Origin: an uncultured Methanosarcinaceae archaeon
GTDB taxonomy: Archaea > Halobacteriota > Methanosarcinia > Methanosarcinales > Methanosarcinaceae
Direction of reading: 5' to 3'
Assembly (NCBI GenBank): GCA_963847185.1
Contig: CAWJYV010000008.1
Coordinates: 896,001-960,000, forward strand
DNA: 64,000 nucleotides
Part shown: piece by piece, positions 30,849 through 38,545 of the stretch
How the letters are laid out: the number at the start of each line of letters is the position of its first letter
Numbering within the stretch: position 1 is the first letter of the stretch
The notes under the pieces: model-generated
Database searches by the model: none
What the model was told of the DNA's origin: nothing
The model's input: the letters and a program-made list of their open reading frames with translations, nothing else
Translations under genes and position numbers: made by a program

Positions 30849-31766
30849 ATGCTTCGAATAATTTTTCTCGGCACCGGAGGATCTCTTCCGACCCGTAACA
30901 GAAATCCATCCGCAGTGCTGGTAAACAGGAAAGGGGAGCTTATTCTGTTTGACTGCGGCGAAGGCACCCAGCAGCAGATGATGCGGGCAAAAACCGGGAT
31001 GATGAGCCTGTCTTCTATTTTTATCAGTCATTTCCATGCGGATCATTTCCTGGGGATCCCAGGGCTTATCCAGACTATGTCTTTCATGGGCAGAAAAGAG
31101 TCTCTTACAATCTATGGCCCTGAGAATACAAGGGAATTCACCGAGCTTTTCAAGGCCCTTGGATACTTCAACCTTAAATATGAAATTCGGGGCATTTCAT
31201 TAAAACCCGGAGAGGTCGTAGAAAAAGACGAATATGTAATTCAGGCCTTAGAGACGGAGCACAGTATTCCGAGTTTTGGGTATGCTCTTATCGAGAATCC
31301 AAGGCCCGGACGTTTCAACAGAGAAAAAGCAATAGAACTTGGAATCCCTCCAGGCCCTCTTTTTTCAAAACTGCAAAAAGGAAACTCTGTAAAGATTGAT
31401 GGAAAACTCGTGAGGCCTGAGGATGTAATGGGAGCCTCAAGACCAGGAAGAACTATTGTATATAGTGGGGATACCAGACCCTGCAAATCCGTGCTCGAAG
31501 CCAGCAGGGATGCCGATCTCCTGATTCATGACGGAAGCTTTGCAGATGAGATGGCAGAATGGGCTGAAGAATCCAAACATTCGACTGCCGGAGAGGTTGC
31601 AGCCCTTGCAAAGGAATCAGGAGTCCGAAAATTGGTCCTTACTCATATAAGCTCCCGCTACACCGATGATGCAGGGCCTATACTGGATGACTCAAAAAAG
31701 ATATTTGAAAACGTAATCGTAGCCGAAGACCTGATGGAAATCGAAATCCCGTACAGGTCGGAGTGA
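30849..31766 (+). CDS. rnz: Ribonuclease Z
   Basis: FLGTGG..P..RN, DCGEG, SHFHADH, exosite GIPPGP, SGDT, HST, THISSRY. Confidence 0.96.
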   Translation: MLRIIFLGTGGSLPTRNRNPSAVLVNRKGELILFDCGEGTQQQMMRAKTGMMSLSSIFISHFHADHFLGIPGLIQTMSFMGRKESLTIYGPENTREFTELFKALGYFNLKYEIRGISLKPGEVVEKDEYVIQALETEHSIPSFGYALIENPRPGRFNREKAIELGIPPGPLFSKLQKGNSVKIDGKLVRPEDVMGASRPGRTIVYSGDTRPCKSVLEASRDADLLIHDGSFADEMAEWAEESKHSTAGEVAALAKESGVRKLVLTHISSRYTDDAGPILDDSKKIFENVIVAEDLMEIEIPYRSE

Positions 31767-31886
31767 AGCTAAATTGTTAGCCTCTAGTCTTCGCAAATGG
31801 AGTTTTTGATTTTTATCTTTAACTTTTCAAAAGTGAAGCTTCAAATTTTAATCTCCAATCTTTTTAAAGTAAAGGAATAAACTAAC

Positions 31887-31947
31887 CTGAAGAAATTAGA
31901 AGAACAAACTTGCCTGAAGAAATTGGAGAAATAGACTGGCCTGAAGC
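31887..31947. repeat. Degenerate ~27-bp tandem repeat (CCTGAAGAAATT core)
   Basis: cctgaagaaattag / cctgaagaaattgg / cctgaagc at regular spacing. Confidence 0.5.
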
Positions 31948-32105
31948 AAGTAACTTAAAATAAGTTAAAAATATCAGAAAAGTACGAAGTAATTTTACTG
32001 AAATATTCTATAAATTGCCAGGTATTTTGTTTGAAAATGTGTGGCAGAAGTAAATCTGCATTAAACTTTTGCCATAACTAAAGTCTTTATTACACCTCAG
32101 TTAAT

Positions 32106-32366
32106 TCAGACAAGAGTCCAGTCAAGTTGTTTATTTTCTGCATTATAGAGTGTAACTCTCATGGTTTTATCTTCTATTTCATATATTGGCCTGATACCCA
32201 GATAAAGAGTGTCACCACAGTTAATATCGAATTCACCATTGACTCTTCCGAAGTATACCCGACCTTTGGTACCTTTTTCTTCTACTGTTATACCTTTCCA
32301 GGCAAGATTCTGGATCACATTTATAACCGTGCACTCAAACCGGTCGACTTCACGTATTTCGTTCAT
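32106..32366 (-). CDS. Small hypothetical beta-rich protein
   Basis: 86-aa ORF with SD-like AAGGGA and protein-like composition. Confidence 0.65.
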   Translation of the reverse strand: MNEIREVDRFECTVINVIQNLAWKGITVEEKGTKGRVYFGRVNGEFDINCGDTLYLGIRPIYEIEDKTMRVTLYNAENKQLDWTLV

Positions 32367-32527
32367 GAGTATCCCTTTATTGCTTTATCTTATGTCTAGG
32401 TAATAACTTATTCAAATAGACTTTTCTGATAGAAAATAATGATTTTTATACATAAAACTATCCCAGAGGGTTCCTTTTATGTTCACTTCGGATTTAATAA
32501 TGTACATACATGTCAGCTGTTAAACTT

Positions 32528-33469
32528 TCAAATAGTCTTATCCAGCATTCCCGTAATAAGCTGCAAATCAATTCCTGCTCCGCTGGTTAACAAGCGTTCT
32601 TTTTTGTTGCCCAGCAACTTCTGAGTCCAATCAACAAAGCCACCGTCTACGATTTCTATATCATTAACACTAATTTTGAAATTAAGACCCTGATAATATG
32701 TGTTGTCGTTTTCTTCCCTGTTCACTATAAAATCAATATCATGATACATCTCACGAAGGTGGTGATGGATTCTATCAATAAATCCGATTTTGTCAGTATA
32801 TCCGTTTCTTACATTCAGAGATACCTTGAGCTCATGCCCTAATTTATCTTTGAAATAGCTTGTATAAAATTTCATATGTTTGGCTATTGCATCCTTTTCG
32901 AAGTTGTAAGAACCCGTATCTTTTCCGGAACTGACAATAGTAAACAGGCCAAAATGAGGAACAAAATCATTAATTTTAAACATTTGTCCTCTAGTAACCC
33001 GGCAGACTGCAGACAAATGAACGGAATTTTTTGTATTTTCAATTGTCCTGTTTTTTATTCCGTGTGCAAGGTATATAGCGAGCATATTGGTGCTGTCCGC
33101 AATAAACTCCAGTCCTCTTGTTGCAGAGATAACATTGTTTTGATCAACCTTCGCTATAACAGAACAGCTTCCTAACAGGCTTGCAGGAGAGAGTAATACA
33201 GATGAAAAACCTGAAGCTTCAGCCGTTTCAAGCATTGATACTTCTATTTGCTTGACCTTAATAGGGTTAAGTGTGGATGGCTTTACAAATCTGTTTGATT
33301 CGTACTTGCCTAAAATGTCATTCGGAATGATTTTGTTTGTTATTTCCTTTGAAAGAGCAAGCAGAAGTGTGGTAATTTCAGACTGTGACAGCCTGGTTGT
33401 AAGCTCATCTATTAAATTTTCGTTGCCTGACTTCTCAAGTACATTTTTAATGATATTTGATTCTTTCAT
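32528..33469 (-). CDS. Hypothetical protein resembling a class II aminoacyl-tRNA synthetase catalytic core (HisRS/HisZ-like), no anticodon domain
   Basis: GF..V.LSP (motif-1-like), CRVTRGQ..F.PHF (motif-2-like), YYQGLNF, EIVDGG, SGAGIDL (motif-3-like). The CDS is likely real; the fold call is by eye. Confidence 0.6.
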   Translation of the reverse strand: MKESNIIKNVLEKSGNENLIDELTTRLSQSEITTLLLALSKEITNKIIPNDILGKYESNRFVKPSTLNPIKVKQIEVSMLETAEASGFSSVLLSPASLLGSCSVIAKVDQNNVISATRGLEFIADSTNMLAIYLAHGIKNRTIENTKNSVHLSAVCRVTRGQMFKINDFVPHFGLFTIVSSGKDTGSYNFEKDAIAKHMKFYTSYFKDKLGHELKVSLNVRNGYTDKIGFIDRIHHHLREMYHDIDFIVNREENDNTYYQGLNFKISVNDIEIVDGGFVDWTQKLLGNKKERLLTSGAGIDLQLITGMLDKTI

Positions 33470-33926
33470 TATCACTCTACTTCTATTATCACTCTACTTT
33501 TATTTCTTTTTGTTTTTGATAGATGCTGCTATAAAAGTTGAAGATATACCTCATAATAATTGATCTAAACGCGGTTTTTGGAGGTCAAGAGGATTATTTA
33601 TCTGGCCGAATAGAGATCGGATAGAGTTCAGATCTAAATCATATACAGATTTCTACATACCACTTATTTTCCCCTGCTTCAGGCATCTTCCGGACAGAAA
33701 GTAGGAAAAACTTTAATGACAGGCTGTATAAGAAAAGAAAATTGAGGTCAGAATCCTCTTAGGTCAGAAATCTCTTATGTTCTGAGATCACCTTGAAAGA
33801 TCTGCAAACCTCCCGACATGACCTGCCTTCATAAGTAATGGATTTAAGTAGAATTCAAGTAAACAGGATTCCTCGGATTTCTGTCTGATGTATCTGTGAA
33901 ACCAAGAAACCCTGCACAAGCCTGAT

Positions 33927-34433
33927 TTATGCGAATGGATGATTTGCAGAATCTTTTTTAGCAAGTGCTTCTTCAACAGTTGGCCTGCCTTCAACAGCGT
34001 TTGCTATTGCAAGTTTCGTTGCTTGATAGTTGTATTCGTAAACTTTATCCTTGTCTTTTGCATCCCATTCAATAAAGACGGAAACTATAACAAAGATATC
34101 ATCGGCCTGTTCCTGGGGAATTACTCCCTCAGCTACGGAGTCCATAACAGCCTTTGCAACCGCAGCCTGAGCCGGTCCGAACATCAGAGCAGCTTGCCCT
34201 ACATTCTTTATTGTGACCTTATTTACTATAAGGGTCACGGGCTTTGGCTGGATGTTGGGTTCAAGAACCGCCAGAAGGGGGGTATGCCCCTGTCTTGGCA
34301 TCGCAAGGGAGTTCATAAATGCTGCTTCTACAGGCCCTCCTCTCGGCCCGAGAACCAGGTCTATATGGGCGATTTCCGGGCCCGAACCCACGAGAGCTTC
34401 TCCTACCATACTTTTTAGAATTTTTTTTACCAC
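33927..34433 (-). CDS. fae: Formaldehyde-activating enzyme (stand-alone Fae)
   Basis: GEALVG.GPEIAHIDL, GHTPLLAVLEPN, NKVTIK, FGPAQAAVAKAV, NYQATK, HPF; GTG start after SD GAGGTG. Confidence 0.92.
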   Translation of the reverse strand: MVKKILKSMVGEALVGSGPEIAHIDLVLGPRGGPVEAAFMNSLAMPRQGHTPLLAVLEPNIQPKPVTLIVNKVTIKNVGQAALMFGPAQAAVAKAVMDSVAEGVIPQEQADDIFVIVSVFIEWDAKDKDKVYEYNYQATKLAIANAVEGRPTVEEALAKKDSANHPFA

Positions 34434-34631
34434 ATTTGACACCTCATTTATTTTACAAAAAACCAGCACTCAAAGTCTCTCACTGCCGGAAAAAGTTTCT
34501 TACTATCCTTCAACAAAAAAAGCAGCGGGGGCATTGAGGCAATTATTTAATCATAGAATAATCATTCCTGTAATGTCATAGAGGATAGTTATTCTTGTAA
34601 TACCTTCTCACATACATAAATTATTTGTCAG

Positions 34632-34934
34632 TTATCTCTCGATTTCCAGGCAGATTCCCGAAAGGATCTCAAGTCTTTTGCTCCAGTGATCCAGCCCTCT
34701 TTTTGCTGCGTACCAGTCAAAGAAGTCACTTTCTTCTCCGGTATTTCCAGTTCCAAACCTTGCCCTTAGTTCACTGGATCTGAATCCGTTTTTCTCTTCA
34801 AAATCCTCACAGACTATAGAGTAACGCTTGACCTTGTACTTCGCAACATGTTTCTCATGTTCCACAGCCGAGCGGATAGCCTCAGTTACTTCCTGAGGTG
34901 AAAAATCAGTTTCTATGTTAAGCGTGAAACTCAT
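34632..34934 (-). CDS. Small helical protein, antitoxin-like; paralog of 42591..42881
   Basis: FEEKNG..S.E..RF..G....DFFDW pattern; clear paralogy inside the window; purine-rich SD GAGGGG. Confidence 0.7.
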   Translation of the reverse strand: MSFTLNIETDFSPQEVTEAIRSAVEHEKHVAKYKVKRYSIVCEDFEEKNGFRSSELRARFGTGNTGEESDFFDWYAAKRGLDHWSKRLEILSGICLEIER

Positions 34935-35049
34935 ATCTATCCCCTCTAAGAATAGCCTCTCCTCTCATTAAAGTATTATGAAAAATGATGAACAGAAAAC
35001 AAAGAACAAAAAACAAAGAACAAAAAATGATAAATCGGACAGATTATAA

Positions 35050-35125
35050 CCTGAAGGATTTATCCACGAAAAGGTTGTCAGCTGAAGGGTTAAAACCTGA
35101 AAGGTTATCACCTGAAAGTTTATTA
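35050..35125. repeat. Degenerate ~15-bp tandem repeat (CCTGAAAGGTTATCA-like) downstream of PKD gene 1
   Basis: About five units; a homologous array lies downstream of PKD gene 2 at ~38430-38525. Confidence 0.55.
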
Positions 35126-35143
35126 TTTAATTTCTTCCTGTTT

Positions 35144-37567
35144 TTATTGTTTTCTTTTCTCTCTAACAGCGAGCGCTATCAAAAGTACTACCATGAACAC
35201 CACGAGGAACCTTATCGGACCCTTTAATCCTGTCAGATCCATGCTCTCAGATGTATTTAGTTTCTCTGTGGAATTTAGAACATCGTTTGATGTTTTGTGT
35301 AATGTAGGTTGTAATGTCATCTGGTTAATATTATTTTCAAATGGTTGTGTATTTCCAAAGGTGATTGTGAATGGAGAAAATCCCGGAGTACTGGCCTGGT
35401 AGTGGATGTACTGGTCATCTCCTCCTGTTTTTTCCGTAGGAAGTGAATTCCACTTTCCATCTGCGTATCTCTGAAGAACAACCTTGTCTTCAGTTTCGTT
35501 TTCTGGAATATCAGACCTGTGGACTCTGAACCCTACAGTAGTATTTCCAATATTTTGCTCGGATGCAAAACCTTCGTTTCCTACCCAGATATTCAGGTAC
35601 TTGTATACCGATCCTTCTGGTTCTATGGGACTCAGGACTGATCTGCCTTTAAGCTGCTCAACTATTGTCATAGTTCTTCCGAGGGTCTTCTTTGCATCAA
35701 ATTCAATAAAGTCAATACAGGTGGTTTCTGGTGTGAACTCGAATCTGATACGATTTCCGGCTGCAATATATTTTTGAGCTTGTACTGTCGCTTCAACATT
35801 ACTGGCTGGTTCAGGAGAAGCTCCCGTGCCTGTAAATCCGGAGAGGTCAGAGCCTGAACTTCCACTACTCTCGCTTCCGTCTGTAACGGTAATGTAGTTA
35901 TCCATTTTCAGAGCACTGTACTCGTACGCGTTGCTAACGTTAAGAGTTATGGAATAATCTCCGTTTTCATAATATATGTGACTGGGATTTTGATCAGTTG
36001 AAGTGTTTCCGTCTCCAAAATCCCAGTAACAGGAAGTAATGTTACCTGTAGAGTTATCTGTGAACTGAACGGTAAGGGGTGGTTCTCCTTCCAGCGGGGA
36101 AGCAGTAAAATCGGCCATAAAGACGTTTTCAACTGTGATATAATTCGTTTTTGTAACATTTGCCCATAAAGTGTCATTGCCTGCCCTCAGGGTAACGTTG
36201 TATGTTCCCACATCCTTAAACTCACAAACTGGATTCTGCTCGGTTGAGTCCACCTGCCCGTCGGAATTGAAATCCCATTCCCAGGCCGACGGGCTGTCGG
36301 TACTCAGGTCAGTAAATTGAACGGCAAGGGGAACTTTTCCTGAAGTTAAATTTGAAGTAAAATCGGCATTGAAGGCGTTTTCAACTGTGATATAATTCGT
36401 TTTTGTAATATTGGCCCATGAAGTGTCATTGGCTGCCCTCAGGGTGACGTTATATGTTCCCACATCCTTAAACTCGTACATGGGGTTCTGTTCGTTTGAG
36501 TCTACCTGTCCGTCGGAATTGAAGTCCCATTCCCAGGATGACGGGCTGCCGGTACTCAGGTCAGTAAATTGAACGGTGAGGGGAGTGTTTCCTGAAGTTA
36601 CATTTGAAGTAAAATTAGCAACTGAATAGTTTGTTCCTGTGTCTCCACCTGTATCTCCACCATCTGTATTACCGGATGATACATTAACTGAGGAACTCAG
36701 GGTATTAAATCCGAAATTATTTATTACTGTCAGTGTCACAGCATAAGTTCCAGCCTGATAATATGTATGACTTGGATTTTGATCTGTTGAAGTGTTTCCG
36801 TTTCCAAAATTCCAGATCCTGGAATTTACGATACCAGTGGAAGTATCTGTAAATTGAATTGTTAGAGGAGCATTTCCTGAGTTTGCACTTAACGTAAAAT
36901 TGGCTACTGGAGCTGAAGTACTCAGGGTTATGGGATTTATCAGACTATCGGATCCAAAGGCATTTGATACTTTAAGGGTTACAACATAGGTCCCAATTGC
37001 TGCGTACGTATGATTCGGGTTCTGGGAAGTTGAAGTGCTGCCGTCTCCAAAGTCCCAGTACCATGAAGTCACATTTCCGGTAGAATTATCACTAAACTGA
37101 ACAGTAAGAGGGTCATTTCCTCCTCCCGGAGTTACAGTAAAACTGGCTTTCGGTTTTTCCCCTACTGTGATATAGTTAGTTTTTGTAATATTACCCCAGG
37201 CAGCTTCATTAACTACCGTCAGGCTAACGTTGTAGCTTCCTGAGTTTACAAATTCGTAGACCGGATTTTCTTCAGTTGAATCCACAACTCCGTCAGAATT
37301 AAAGTCCCATTCCCAGGCTGTAACATTCTTACTTGAATTATCTATAAATTGCACACTAAGTGGGGCTATCCCTGATACCGGTGAAGCAGAAAAATTTGCA
37401 ATTAGTGTTTTATTTCCATCTTCTATACTGCTAAGGATTGCAGATACCCATGGACTGTTTGCTGTATCTATTCCCGGGTCCGATGCCAGAATTGAATAGG
37501 CTGAAGCAGAAGTTGAGAATACGAAGAAAAGAAGCATTAATATTACTGTTTTTTTCAATTTATTCAC
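35144..37567 (-). CDS. Cell-surface protein: signal peptide, 6 PKD domains, PGF-pre-PGF domain, C-terminal TM
   Basis: Repeated P.A.F...P..VQF.D.S...W.WDFGDG...NP.H.Y motifs; VYKYLNIWVG and STPGFSPF; basic tail. The true start may be TTG at 37558. Confidence 0.92.
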   Translation of the reverse strand: MNKLKKTVILMLLFFVFSTSASAYSILASDPGIDTANSPWVSAILSSIEDGNKTLIANFSASPVSGIAPLSVQFIDNSSKNVTAWEWDFNSDGVVDSTEENPVYEFVNSGSYNVSLTVVNEAAWGNITKTNYITVGEKPKASFTVTPGGGNDPLTVQFSDNSTGNVTSWYWDFGDGSTSTSQNPNHTYAAIGTYVVTLKVSNAFGSDSLINPITLSTSAPVANFTLSANSGNAPLTIQFTDTSTGIVNSRIWNFGNGNTSTDQNPSHTYYQAGTYAVTLTVINNFGFNTLSSSVNVSSGNTDGGDTGGDTGTNYSVANFTSNVTSGNTPLTVQFTDLSTGSPSSWEWDFNSDGQVDSNEQNPMYEFKDVGTYNVTLRAANDTSWANITKTNYITVENAFNADFTSNLTSGKVPLAVQFTDLSTDSPSAWEWDFNSDGQVDSTEQNPVCEFKDVGTYNVTLRAGNDTLWANVTKTNYITVENVFMADFTASPLEGEPPLTVQFTDNSTGNITSCYWDFGDGNTSTDQNPSHIYYENGDYSITLNVSNAYEYSALKMDNYITVTDGSESSGSSGSDLSGFTGTGASPEPASNVEATVQAQKYIAAGNRIRFEFTPETTCIDFIEFDAKKTLGRTMTIVEQLKGRSVLSPIEPEGSVYKYLNIWVGNEGFASEQNIGNTTVGFRVHRSDIPENETEDKVVLQRYADGKWNSLPTEKTGGDDQYIHYQASTPGFSPFTITFGNTQPFENNINQMTLQPTLHKTSNDVLNSTEKLNTSESMDLTGLKGPIRFLVVFMVVLLIALAVREKRKQ

Positions 37568-38357
37568 CTTTATGTTTTTTACTCCCTGCTAAAACTTCAT
37601 TTCCTCTTAAGACCCCGGCTTCCCCCTTCAGACTTCTTGGGCCGTGGTTTGAATGAATGTTTTTAGTATTTTTTCAATTGTTTTTGTTTTTAAAGACTGA
37701 ACTCATTTGTAAGAAACAGTTATCTATTTTTTATACACTATAGAAGATTTCTCAATTATATAAATTATATCTTTATAAGTCAGAAAAAATCTAAAGTTTG
37801 GTACTTTTGAGCTAGTATATTTAAAAAAGATTTATTCATTTATAAAGTTCCAAATTTTGGCAAAGCCTCTTCTTATTTATAAGCCCTTCTCAAATCAATT
37901 TTTTATCTTCTTAAATCTCTAAGGTATCGCTTTTTGTCAAGTGAGTTTCTTAACATCACAAAATCTGGTCGTGCTCATGAGTTATTGATCAATTCCAAAA
38001 AACCGAATATATTTCCTGAATTTGAGAAAAATAAAGAGAAATTCTTGTTCTTACGGTTTTCAATAACTCGTGCCCATTACCTAAAATCTGAAGATCGCTT
38101 AATTTTTTATGGATGTGGCAAAAACTCAAAAATCTAGCCTTTAACCTTTATATCCAGGTTTCTACGGTGTAATGGGGGCTAGTGCCTTGACAATTTAATT
38201 CCTGCACATAGCCTTTGGCAATTCGCCATCAACGCATAAGGATTCAGAGCTTAATAAGTGATTAATAACTAAACGTTCTTTGAAGGTGAAGTTCCAATAT
38301 CTGGATTAAATAAATCAGTACAGAAATAATTGGCGATTTTTGAGGAAATGACTGTAT

Positions 38358-38429
38358 TGAACCCCAGAGCATTAGCAATTTTTTGCTCAGTTGCAAAGTT
38401 TTCTTCCTTACCCAGATATTCAGGTACTT
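38358..38429 (-). pseudogene. Degenerate fragment of a PGF-pre-PGF domain gene
   Basis: TACCCAGATATTCAGGTACTT is identical to 35582-35602 and 38984-39004; translates to YLNIWV / (shift) NFATEQKIANALGF. Confidence 0.6.
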
Positions 38430-38545
38430 CAGCTGAAATGGTCACTAGTTGAAATGGTCATCAGCTGGAAAGGTTGTCAGCTGAAGGGTTAAAGCCTGAA
38501 AGGGTTATATCACCTGAAAGTTTATTCTTCAATTTCTTCCTGTTT

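Noticed and set aside
37563-37706. Possible small upstream peptide (..LKGEAGVLRGNEVLAG..) explaining the conserved PKD leader
   Set aside because: That frame has in-frame stops shortly upstream in both copies (TGA in copy 1, TAA in copy 2) and no usable start.
37934-38137. 67-aa ORF between the PKD genes
   Set aside because: TTG start, no SD and no transposase motifs; treated as non-coding or remnant DNA.
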